NCBI GenBank assembly: GCA_963789265.1 | Contig: CAWBKB010000004.1 | Coordinates: 96,001 to 160,000 of the forward strand | Direction: 5' to 3' | Length of the DNA stretch: 64,000 bases | Origin: an uncultured delta proteobacterium | GTDB taxonomy: Bacteria > Desulfobacterota > Desulfomonilia > Desulfomonilales > Desulfomonilaceae | Part shown: one piece after another, positions 31,845 to 40,319 of the stretch | Position numbering within the stretch: position 1 is the first letter of the stretch | How the letters are laid out: every line of letters starts with the position of its first letter | The notes under the pieces: model-generated | What the model was told of the DNA's origin: nothing | Database searches by the model: none | The model's input: the letters and a program-made list of their open reading frames with translations, nothing else | Made by a program: the position numbers and the translations under genes

Positions 31845-32877
31845 GGGTCAAGTCTGCTCTTGACTCATACCGGACGTGGTGGTATGGCTGGTCCATGTCG
31901 CGGCCGTTACGAATTCAATATCCGGACGCCTGGTACCATGTGATGAACAGGGGCAGACGCGATGAAGTGATTTTCCCCGGACCGGAGGATTATCAGCGAT
32001 TTATGGAACATTTACGGGCAGGCTCCACCATGTGGAATGTCAGGATTGCAGCATTTTGCCTGATGCCGAATCACTACCACCTGTTGGTCCAGACTCCGGA
32101 TGCTAACCTTTCACGGTTTATGAGGCATGTGGACGGCGTATACACTCAGCGATTCAACTGGTTCCACAAGTGCGACGGCTCTCTCTTCCGAGGCCGTTAC
32201 AAGGCCATTCTCGTAGAGGCCGACACGTATCTGCTCGATTTGGTCCGATATATTCACCGGAATCCATTGCGGGCCGGGTTGGTGAGTCGACTCGATCGAT
32301 ACCTCTGGAGCAGCCACATAGCTTATTTGTCCCTTTCAGCTAGATGGGCTTGGCTATACAGGGAAATGGTGTTCTCCATGCTGTGCCGGGCTGGAGAGGA
32401 TTCGGCAAGGGCCTACCGGGAGTTCATGGTGCAGGACGAATCAGAGGAGTTCACGGCAGTGTTGTCCAAAAGAAATGTCCCGTCGCTTCTGGGATCAGAT
32501 GAGTTTGTGGGCTGGGTGAAGGCAAACTTTCAGAGCCTCCGATCTCATCGAGAGATGCCTGCCTCACGGTTACTCGTTCCGGGATTGGAGGCGATACAAT
32601 CTGCCGTATGCGCGAGCTATTGCATAGATCGCAATGAGCTGCTGTCGAGCAGAAGAGGAATGAGCAACGACGCCAGGAACGTGGCAGTCTATCTTGCCAG
32701 ACGGCTCTCCGGTCAAACACTGTCAACCATAGGAGATGCCTTTGGACTGGAGCATTACAGCAGTGTGAGCAGCGTGGTTTCTCGCATGAAGCAAAAGATC
32801 GCGAGCGACAGGAACCTGAGAAGGAAAGTGCAAGCGATCGAGCGAACCCTCCTATGAGTCAAGAGTAGACTTGACCC
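31845..32877 (+). mobile_element. RAYT-type HUH element bounded by 25-bp inverted repeats
   Basis: GGGTCAAGTCTGCTCTTGACTCATA (31845-31869) and TATGAGTCAAGAGTAGACTTGACCC (32853-32877) are 24/25 reverse complements. Confidence 0.85.
31895..32857 (+). CDS. REP-associated tyrosine transposase (Y1 HUH) with C-terminal DnaA-C-like HTH
   Basis: MSRPLRIQYPDAWYHVMNRG, CLMPNHYHLL (HUH), LFRGRYKA, RYIHRNP, WSS. C-terminal ARNVAVYLAR..TLSTIGDAFG..HYSSVS. Confidence 0.92.
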   Translation: MSRPLRIQYPDAWYHVMNRGRRDEVIFPGPEDYQRFMEHLRAGSTMWNVRIAAFCLMPNHYHLLVQTPDANLSRFMRHVDGVYTQRFNWFHKCDGSLFRGRYKAILVEADTYLLDLVRYIHRNPLRAGLVSRLDRYLWSSHIAYLSLSARWAWLYREMVFSMLCRAGEDSARAYREFMVQDESEEFTAVLSKRNVPSLLGSDEFVGWVKANFQSLRSHREMPASRLLVPGLEAIQSAVCASYCIDRNELLSSRRGMSNDARNVAVYLARRLSGQTLSTIGDAFGLEHYSSVSSVVSRMKQKIASDRNLRRKVQAIERTLL

Positions 32878-32880
32878 CAT

Positions 32881-33048
32881 CCCTACGGGGCGATCTCGGA
32901 CAAGGAACTTGTCGCCGCTATAGACCAGTTGACCTTCGATCACGGCGATTCGGGGATCGCCGGTCAACCCCTCATTCTGAGTCCTGTTAGCTATTTGTTA
33001 GCTGGAGATCAAAAAACCGGACATTCAGATGTTAGAATATCCGGCTAA
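32881..33048 (+). pseudogene. Possible C-terminal remnant of a tyrosine integrase
   Basis: Startless frame PYGAISDKELVAAIDQLTFDHGD..., cut by the RAYT right IR and ending 14 nt from the tRNA 3' end. TGTTAGCT direct repeats at 32985 and 32996. Confidence 0.45.
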
Positions 33049-33062
33049 CTTCTTGTTATTAT

Positions 33063-33137
33063 TGGTGGAGATGAAGGGATTTGAACCCTCGACCCCCGCG
33101 TTGCGAACGCGGTGCTCTCCCGCTGAGCTACATCCCC
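33063..33137 (-). tRNA. tRNA-Ala (anticodon CGC)
   Basis: GGGGATGTAGCTCAGCGGGAGAGCACCGCGTT-CGC-AACGCGGGGGTCGAGGGTTCAAATCCCTTCATCTCCACCA. G3:U70 pair, encoded CCA. Confidence 0.97.
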
Positions 33138-33148
33138 ACAAGCGCAAC

Positions 33149-33175
33149 ATTATAAGCTTTGTGTGTTGCTGTCAA
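33149..33175 (-). promoter_or_regulatory. sigma70 promoter of tRNA-Ala
   Basis: TTGACA-15 nt-TATAAT: consensus hexamers with a short spacer. Confidence 0.55.
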
Positions 33176-33514
33176 GGACGCTAATCCAGCTCCGTCGGGT
33201 GTATCTTTCTGCCTACTGGGATCCACGATTCCCCCGATTTTGGGAATTTCACCTTGTATAGCATTGTATTGCATCCCCATTCTCTCCCCGAACTCAGCGG
33301 TGTTTCATGCTCCACTCGGATTCACGGCGTCGGGCTCCGTGTGAATGAGTACGCCAATATGGCTGTCCGGGTCTTGGGACCTTCTCCGTACACAAAACCG
33401 TGGTCTCTTAGTGCTCTGTAAGTTGTACCGACTACTCCGACTGCGTGCCGACCGGTTCAACCATGCGCTCTTGGTTGCCGCATCCGTGCAAACTTCCAGC
33501 AAACGGGGCGTTTC

Positions 33515-34696
33515 TCATTTCTCAGGCAACAAGGACTCTACCAAGCTGACCCAGTAGCCTGCACCTAATGAAAGCAGGCGGTCATTAAAATCGTACCCGG
33601 ACTGGTGCATCATTCCGTTGGGGCGTGGCTGGCCTGCACCTATGCCCATGTATGCGCCGGGCACGGACTTTATCATGAAAGAAAAATCCTCGGAATACAT
33701 CACGGGTGGAATGTTCGTATAAACATTGTCGCTTCCGGCGACAAACGAGGCCGCCCCAATAGCTTCCTCTGTTTCTTTGTCGCTATTGATTACAGCCGGA
33801 TAACGCCGCTGGTATTGAATATCTGTACTGACCCCCATCGATATCTCCAACCCACGCAGCACTTCCTTCATACGGGTCTCCAATCGGTCCTGGATGTGCG
33901 GCTGAAAATGCCGTGTACAACCACGAAGCAATACTTTATCCGGAATCACGTTATAGGTCGTACCGCCATGAACTTCCGTAACACTTAAGACCGCTGCTTC
34001 GATGGGATCGATACTTCGACTCACGATAGTTTGGAACATGGTAACGGCTTGGGAAGCGGCCACTAGCGGGTCTCGTACATTTCCGGGCAGGCCGCCGGCA
34101 TGTCCCCCAACGCCCGTTACTGTTATGTCGAAAATGTCATAGGCCGCCATAAAAGGGCCGGTGCGTATGGCGAAGGTGCCCTCGGGCAAGCTGGGAAAAT
34201 TATGCAGTCCGAAGACGCAATTCATGGGGAAACGTTGAAAAAGCCCGTCTTCAACCATTACCTTGGCACCGCCGCCAGTCTCTTCCGCCGGTTGAAAGAT
34301 GAAGTTGACCGTGCCGCTGAATCTGCCCTTTGAGGCGAGATGTTTGGCGGCCCCGAGGAGCATGGCCATGTGGCCGTCGTGTCCGCATGCGTGCATCTTG
34401 CCAGACACCGTGGATTTGTATGGAAGATCGTTTTCCTCTTGAATGTCCAAGGCGTCCATATCTGCCCGCAACCCAATGGCTCGCGGATGGCCTTGTCCTC
34501 GTACAAGTGTGGCTACGATCCCCGTCCGGCCGATTCCTCTATGGACATCAAGGCCAAAGGACTCTAACTTTCCGGCCAGGAAATTAGACGTCTCCCTTTC
34601 CTGAAAGGCGGTCTCCGGGCAGGCATGAAGATGATGTCTCCAGGCCGCCATCTCAGATTCGAGAGAAGCTATGTCCGTATCAATTCCCATGTCCAT
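33515..34696 (-). CDS. M20D aminoacylase/amidohydrolase
   Basis: LRADMDAL, MHACGHDGH, FQPAEE, GGHAG, SEDFS, MMHQSGYDFND. Confidence 0.92.
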   Translation of the reverse strand: MDMGIDTDIASLESEMAAWRHHLHACPETAFQERETSNFLAGKLESFGLDVHRGIGRTGIVATLVRGQGHPRAIGLRADMDALDIQEENDLPYKSTVSGKMHACGHDGHMAMLLGAAKHLASKGRFSGTVNFIFQPAEETGGGAKVMVEDGLFQRFPMNCVFGLHNFPSLPEGTFAIRTGPFMAAYDIFDITVTGVGGHAGGLPGNVRDPLVAASQAVTMFQTIVSRSIDPIEAAVLSVTEVHGGTTYNVIPDKVLLRGCTRHFQPHIQDRLETRMKEVLRGLEISMGVSTDIQYQRRYPAVINSDKETEEAIGAASFVAGSDNVYTNIPPVMYSEDFSFMIKSVPGAYMGIGAGQPRPNGMMHQSGYDFNDRLLSLGAGYWVSLVESLLPEK

Positions 34697-34752
34697 GACC
34701 TCCTCAGATCTTTTCGTGCCCGGGCCGGAATCATCCCGGATTCATTCAGGTG

Positions 34753-36066
34753 TCAACTTCCGACGTCCTTAGTAATCATGATCCGCAAGATCGTCCTGTC
34801 CGTTTCTGCCATTCCCTGTGTACTGAGCTTGCCAATATTTCGCACAGTCTGTTCGGAGGTCGAGGCAATTATGCCGTCAGTTGACTTGACATCGATGCCG
34901 TGGAGGGCGAGTAGAGCGGATTGAACCGCCGTTCCTGCTGCAGTGGCGAGTTTCAGGGAGCAGCCTGCTTTGGCCCCATCACAGATGACGCCTGCCAGGT
35001 CTTCTATCAGGTTCTTGATAGCGCTGGCGATATGATGAGTGTTCCCATTCATCAGGTAGGCTATCCCGCCCGTGGCGCCGGCGCCAGCCGCGACGGAGCA
35101 CCCGCATATCGCCGAGAGGCGGCCGATATGCGCCTTGATATAAACTGTCAGAATGTGGCTCAACGCTATAGCGCGCAGCATACGGGAGGGATCCTCACAG
35201 GTGATGTAATCGATCAGGGCCCTAATGGGTAGTACCGCTGTAAGTCCGTGGTTTCCGCTGCCCGCGGAACTCATCGCGGGAAGATTCACCCCGGACATGC
35301 GTGCGTCCGAGGCGGCGGCGGTCAAAATCCGGGCCGCCAGGATCATGTCCTTTTTGAGCAGACCTTCGCTCACAAGTCGTTGGAGGGTCATGCCGACCCC
35401 GAGCCCTGGGCCGTTTTTCAGGCCATGTGCGGCGAGCGCCATATTGGTCCGAATGCCCTCTTCGAGAAACTGAAAATCTTCGGCATCCAGGTCATCCAAT
35501 AGCCCCACCATCTCTTCGAGAGAAAGGCCGGAAATCCATTGTTCCAAAGGCCGGATACTTTCATTAGAGTGCTCGCTTGCCGAAAGGAGTGGATGGTCAT
35601 AGACCGGGACGCCATTTAGTTGCAGCCCTGCAATGTGATCATGGGCATCCTCAAGGATCGCCTCAGCCCGGTAACCGCCACTCCTAACAGACACCTTAAT
35701 AAAGACGGGCTGCTCTGTTTCGAGCAAGTGAACCTCAACTTTCTCTTTCGAAAGGAAATCCTTAGCCAGCTTGAAGGTCTGATCGTTAATGGGTTTGAAG
35801 ACCTCGAGTTTCAGAAAAGGATCTCCTCCGAAGGCTCCCAATGCGGCAGCCAGATCTATACCGAATTCACCCTTCGTTCCGGGTATGGCCACCCCCATAG
35901 CGTTCTTGTACACATTGGGACTCACCCAGAGTTCAATGGAAGATAGGTCTTTTCTCGGGAGTAGCGTGACGGCTGCCGCTGCGCAAAGCGCAACCGCGGC
36001 AGGCTCTGTGCAGCCAAGGGCAGGTAGTACTTCCAGATGCAGAATATCCTTGATCCGGTAAGTCAT
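34753..36066 (-). CDS. L-cysteine desulfidase (YhaM/CyuA-like, serine dehydratase alpha family)
   Basis: PALGCTEP, KNAMGVAIPG, ASDARMSG, GSGNHG, GRLSAICGC, GVICDGAKAGCSLK. Confidence 0.9.
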   Translation of the reverse strand: MTYRIKDILHLEVLPALGCTEPAAVALCAAAAVTLLPRKDLSSIELWVSPNVYKNAMGVAIPGTKGEFGIDLAAALGAFGGDPFLKLEVFKPINDQTFKLAKDFLSKEKVEVHLLETEQPVFIKVSVRSGGYRAEAILEDAHDHIAGLQLNGVPVYDHPLLSASEHSNESIRPLEQWISGLSLEEMVGLLDDLDAEDFQFLEEGIRTNMALAAHGLKNGPGLGVGMTLQRLVSEGLLKKDMILAARILTAAASDARMSGVNLPAMSSAGSGNHGLTAVLPIRALIDYITCEDPSRMLRAIALSHILTVYIKAHIGRLSAICGCSVAAGAGATGGIAYLMNGNTHHIASAIKNLIEDLAGVICDGAKAGCSLKLATAAGTAVQSALLALHGIDVKSTDGIIASTSEQTVRNIGKLSTQGMAETDRTILRIMITKDVGS

Positions 36067-36146
36067 CTAAAATCCCCAATAGATTAAGAATGCGCTATGC
36101 TGCTCGTCTCCCGACTCTAGCCCCGGAACGAGGGCAAATTGGGGGA

Positions 36147-36992
36147 CTATTCCTCTGCCGATGCCGACGAAAAGCGAAAATCACAAAAGGGCGCACCTTC
36201 CATAATAGTCTGAGTTCGGGTGAACCTTATCTTGGGGTTAAAGCCTTCCATCAAAGCAAAATCCCGCCCACAGGAAAGAAGAAAACCGAATTCTTCCAGG
36301 CTGTGCTCCCGGTACATCTCCGCATACTTACACCGCGTTACGTTGACGGAGGCTTTGGCAGGAGTCGCCTCAAGCACCTCAAACTCCAGGGCGCCGGCCT
36401 GACTGAATAGTGGTAAGGCCTTTTGTAAGTGTTCCATGCTGTTTCCGCCCGCCACCATTTGTAAAAGCTTCCCCGCTTGCCGGGCCAGGGATTTAATCTC
36501 CGCCTGACTGACTTCAAGGGCAGGCTCCCGGCCGAATTTCTCAATAAAGGCTTTGATGAGAGGGGCGGCAATGAGGGCTTCAATCTCACGCCGAATGATG
36601 ATGGGCACACTGTTGATGTCCTCCATAACTGTTCCTCCTGCTTCCACGGTGGGTTCGTTGGGCTGAGCTGTCGCCTCCCTTGTAATAACCAGATCTTTGA
36701 CCACTTTTTTTTGATTTAGCGGCTCAAGTGTGATGTCTCCTTCGACGCGGGTCTGACAAATAAGGCCGGCGTGCCCGTTTATTTTCCCTGTACAGCGGCC
36801 GCAGATCCCCAATGCGCAGCCGGCATGGTCGTAATAGGCCAGTGTGCTGTCCTGGTTTTGGTAGACGTAATCAAGGGCATCCATGGCACTCATGCCTTCT
36901 TCAAAAGGCACTTCATATGTTTTGTAATAGGGGGTCTTGTCCACAGAAGGGTCGAACCGGAAGATCCTCACTTTTATCAAGTCATTCGACAT
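36147..36992 (-). CDS. Fusion: SdhB-like 2Fe-2S domain + L-2-amino-thiazoline-4-carboxylate (ATC) hydrolase domain
   Basis: N-terminus IFRFDP...CALGICGRC..ING...C...LEPL...VKDLV. C-terminus RREIEA..APL, VTRCKYAEMY, LSCGRD..EGFNP, TRTQTIMEGAPFCDFRF. Confidence 0.88.
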   Translation of the reverse strand: MSNDLIKVRIFRFDPSVDKTPYYKTYEVPFEEGMSAMDALDYVYQNQDSTLAYYDHAGCALGICGRCTGKINGHAGLICQTRVEGDITLEPLNQKKVVKDLVITREATAQPNEPTVEAGGTVMEDINSVPIIIRREIEALIAAPLIKAFIEKFGREPALEVSQAEIKSLARQAGKLLQMVAGGNSMEHLQKALPLFSQAGALEFEVLEATPAKASVNVTRCKYAEMYREHSLEEFGFLLSCGRDFALMEGFNPKIRFTRTQTIMEGAPFCDFRFSSASAEE

Positions 36993-37013
36993 GCTCGTTC
37001 ACCTCGCTCTTTC

Positions 37014-38789
37014 TCAATGTTTGCCACCGGTATCCGAACGTGATTCCATCATCTTCTTGATGAATTCGAGGTAGGGCGTCACGCCGGTTGGAGGTGTCAT
37101 GGTGGTGACAGTCACGGGTCTCTTGATCACCTTGGAGCCGTCACTCTCCCTCTTGACGATGCTTTCCTGAAGCCAGTTATCATTGTCGACATTTGGGTAG
37201 TCTTCACGAAAATGCACGCCTCGGCTTTCAGTGCGAAGCAGGGCACTTTGGGCCGCCATCTCCAGGAGTTGAACCATATTCTGTAGTTCCAAGGCGTCGA
37301 TCCACTCCTTGTTGTACGTCCTGCTCTTGGAGGTAGTTGCCAGGCTGGGAAGCTCATCTTTCCCGACCGAATTCAATAAGTTGATAAATAACTCTAGCTC
37401 GTCCTTGTTGCGGATGGGACCGAGAAACTTGTGGGCAGCCTCCTGAACACGCCTTCTAACTTTGGGAGGATTAAGACCTTTCGGCCTGAGTAGAGGTGCC
37501 TCGGTCCGTTCACGGATAGCAATGAGGGTCTTTTCATCAGGATCCTGTGCTTTCGCTTTCTTGGCGTATTCTCCTGCATTGGCTCCCGCATCCGCTCCGT
37601 GCACGAGCATCTCGGTGATCGCCGCAAACACCCGGTTGGCTCCAAAAGCACCTAATGTGCATTCTCCGGCTGCGTAGAGTCCCTCCAAGGTCGTTTCAAA
37701 ACGCTCGTTAACCACGATGCCTCCCTCGAAATATTCCGCGGCCGGCCCGACCTCGACCGGTTCGTTCTCTTTTAGCTTCCGGCCCCACTCCGATAGGTCT
37801 ATGGCCTTATACTTCCACTTCGGAAAAACCAAAGAAGCAATGAGTTCGACTTTCTCCCAAGGCACATCGCCCCGGCTGAAATGCACCCCTCCGTTGGGCG
37901 TTCCCTTGCCCGCCCGGACCTCCTTCATGGTGGCATGGGAGATGAAGCTCTTGTTCCACTCCGTTAACGATCCGACATTGACAACAAAAGGGTCATATCG
38001 TTTCAAGAATTCCTCTCCGAGGCCGTTCGTCAAACTACCACCCACCAACAGACTCAACATGTAAGGCGCGATGCTGCCCCGCCAGATCGGGGGGTGCAAG
38101 AAGACATTGCAGCAGAAAGTTATAAATTCCATGTTCCCCAGATCGGCGCCCGCCCGGTGGGCAATGGCAATCCCGTCTCCCGAGAGATCCCGCATGCCGG
38201 TATTGGGCCAGAAGGCTTTGTGCCAGCCACCTGTGGCCATCACCACGGCTTTGCATCGGAACTGCAAGTATTCGCCCGATCGGATGTCCAAGCCGACAGC
38301 GCCGGTGACCTTTCCTTCGTGGGCAACCAAGTCCAGGAGCAAAACATCCGCACGCAGATCAACTTGAATGGACCTGGCCTTTTTGAGCAAGGCATCCATA
38401 ATCCCTATTCCGCTAGTGAAGATCATTCGTTCATCCGATAGCTTGATCTGAATTCCCCATTCAATCAATTCTCTAAGGCACTGTGGAGCCAACCGGATAT
38501 ACTGCTCCACAAGCTCCTGGTTGTTCAGGAAACATCCTTGTGTAACAATGTCATTGAATACCTTTGCGGGGCTGTCATTGGGATCTCCTCTCAGCCCTGC
38601 GATCTGACTCATGCTCCGGCCATCGAGAGTGAAGTCAGCCCCCGCCATGGGGGTTGCTCCGCAGCGCGCGAGGGGCCCCTTACTAAGGAGAAGGACACTC
38701 ATGCCCTTCTCTCTGGCCGCAATGGCCGCCCTGAAACCGGCCCCACCTCCGCCTACCACCAGTACGTCGGTTTCTATCTTTGGAGTCAT
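37014..38789 (-). CDS. SdhA/FrdA/NadB-superfamily FAD oxidoreductase, non-canonical active site
   Basis: DVLVVGGGGAG, MATGG, SGDG.A.A.RAGA, GLYAAGE, GANR, RTESRGVHFREDYP. Confidence 0.9.
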   Translation of the reverse strand: MTPKIETDVLVVGGGGAGFRAAIAAREKGMSVLLLSKGPLARCGATPMAGADFTLDGRSMSQIAGLRGDPNDSPAKVFNDIVTQGCFLNNQELVEQYIRLAPQCLRELIEWGIQIKLSDERMIFTSGIGIMDALLKKARSIQVDLRADVLLLDLVAHEGKVTGAVGLDIRSGEYLQFRCKAVVMATGGWHKAFWPNTGMRDLSGDGIAIAHRAGADLGNMEFITFCCNVFLHPPIWRGSIAPYMLSLLVGGSLTNGLGEEFLKRYDPFVVNVGSLTEWNKSFISHATMKEVRAGKGTPNGGVHFSRGDVPWEKVELIASLVFPKWKYKAIDLSEWGRKLKENEPVEVGPAAEYFEGGIVVNERFETTLEGLYAAGECTLGAFGANRVFAAITEMLVHGADAGANAGEYAKKAKAQDPDEKTLIAIRERTEAPLLRPKGLNPPKVRRRVQEAAHKFLGPIRNKDELELFINLLNSVGKDELPSLATTSKSRTYNKEWIDALELQNMVQLLEMAAQSALLRTESRGVHFREDYPNVDNDNWLQESIVKRESDGSKVIKRPVTVTTMTPPTGVTPYLEFIKKMMESRSDTGGKH

Positions 38790-38791
38790 CT

Positions 38792-39304
38792 CTATCCTCG
38801 CTTCTTAGAGGGCGATTGGTCGAATGAGACTTCCGGTTTTCTTTCGCTGATGACCTGGTCAAAGTACAGCGCCATGTCCTTGAAGAGTTCGGAGAGAAAG
38901 CCATACTCCCGAGGTGTGACCTCCGCAAACCGGTTGATAATGTTGGCATCCATCCGGGCATGAAACTCCCGGTGTCCGTGAAAGGCAATCTGGCCTCGTT
39001 TGGTTAATCTCAGTAACACCTCTTTCAAGTTGCCCTGGCCGTTGTAACGCTCGACGAGCTTCTTCTTCACGACCTTTCCGACGATCTGGGTTACTGCAGG
39101 CTTTGAGATGCCCAGCACTGATGCTAAGCCGGTCATATTGATGCTCGGATGTTTTCCTATAGCCTCCACGACATGGATCTCCGAGGGGAACAATTTGTCT
39201 CCGGTCCCGAAATCCCGGGCCATCTTTTCAAGGGCTGTGAATTTGTTCAGGGCAATCACGAACAGATTGATCAATTCCGCTAATTGCCCGGATCTTGTTT
39301 TCAT
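38792..39304 (-). CDS. MarR family transcriptional regulator
   Basis: DFGTGDKLFPSEIHVVEAIG..NMTGLASVLGISKPAVTQ..N.KEV.L.LT.RG. Confidence 0.92.
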   Translation of the reverse strand: MKTRSGQLAELINLFVIALNKFTALEKMARDFGTGDKLFPSEIHVVEAIGKHPSINMTGLASVLGISKPAVTQIVGKVVKKKLVERYNGQGNLKEVLLRLTKRGQIAFHGHREFHARMDANIINRFAEVTPREYGFLSELFKDMALYFDQVISERKPEVSFDQSPSKKRG

Positions 39305-39312
39305 GGAAATAT

Positions 39313-39341
39313 AGTTAAGCAGGTTAATAAAATGTTGTCAA
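39313..39341 (-). promoter_or_regulatory. sigma70 promoter with overlapping palindromic operator (near-leaderless marR)
   Basis: TTGACA-17-TTAACT ending 8 nt before the ATG, with no SD. Imperfect palindrome TTAA-GCAGG-TTAA over the -10. Confidence 0.55.
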
Positions 39342-39680
39342 GCTTTTTCCGGTGCTTTAGAATTCAGACCTGTTTTTCTGGAACTTTTTTCGGCACCTCC
39401 TTGCTCGATGCCTGGCGAATAGTATACTTGGGGTCCGGACGAAGGGCCTGACGGTGAGACGATCGGGCCGGACTTGACAGTTTCACGGTGAATCGGATTG
39501 ATTCTCATGGCACTAACGCCATCACAGTAAAGTTTCACCACATATATTATTTCTTAAATGTTACATTTCATGACTTTATTGGTTAATGTTCCACCGCACT
39601 TTTCGACTTTACTCGGACATTTCGGACAGAAGTGTGGCATGATACGAAGGGCCTCTCGCCGCCGCACAAAGGAACCTGGC

Positions 39681-40319
39681 ATGCAAGCTCGCAGAAGAAC
39701 TGCTAAGAGGAGCATCAGCACCCTGATCATCTCTCAGGAAGGGATCGAACTCGGCATTCTGGAAGTGCTTAAGAAGCATGCAGCAAAGAACGGACTCACC
39801 AACTCCGAATTGCTTAAGAAGTGCGGCGCGCGGCTGAAGCGGTCTCTGGCGGCATTGTTCAAGCGAAAGGAGCCCAGGAGCGAAGACGTCAAAGGTCTGC
39901 TTTACAATCTCTGGAGAAGCGGGTTTCTGTTTTTTGAGCCTCCTAATAGTGGTCAACGAGTGGGCCGAGTCTGGGGCATGGAGTCGGCACGGCAGATCTT
40001 TCCGTCGGCATGCTTCTTCACGCCGAAACATGGTAGCTCCAAGGAAACGACAGAGAATACTCGGGAAGCACTTAAAGCGGCGTACAGCAAATTCGTCCCC
40101 GAGCATCTGGGCGGGTTTGTGCCGATTTTCAAGGTGCGCCGGGCACTGGACTGGTCAAGCCAAGCATTCGATAGCCTACTGCGGGACTTAAATGAGCGAC
40201 AAGAGCCGGTGGTGGAGCTGCACGCTGGGGATCCTGCCGATCTGACCGAGGCAGAAAAGCGCGATTCTTTGTGGAAGAGCGGCAGATTGCTGATTCGAAT
40301 GCGCTGGAGGGAACCATGA
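39681..40319 (+). CDS. Hypothetical protein, probably winged-helix-like (start uncertain)
   Basis: C-terminal GGFVPIFKVRRALDW...FDSLLRDL...VELHAGDP. ATGA-coupled to the ATPase. Confidence 0.7.
   Translation: MQARRRTAKRSISTLIISQEGIELGILEVLKKHAAKNGLTNSELLKKCGARLKRSLAALFKRKEPRSEDVKGLLYNLWRSGFLFFEPPNSGQRVGRVWGMESARQIFPSACFFTPKHGSSKETTENTREALKAAYSKFVPEHLGGFVPIFKVRRALDWSSQAFDSLLRDLNERQEPVVELHAGDPADLTEAEKRDSLWKSGRLLIRMRWREP

Noticed and set aside
36147..38789. Succinate dehydrogenase / fumarate reductase (sdhAB)
   Set aside because: Catalytic and FAD-linking histidines are absent, the Fe-S subunit lacks the 4Fe-4S/3Fe-4S domain, and there is no membrane anchor.
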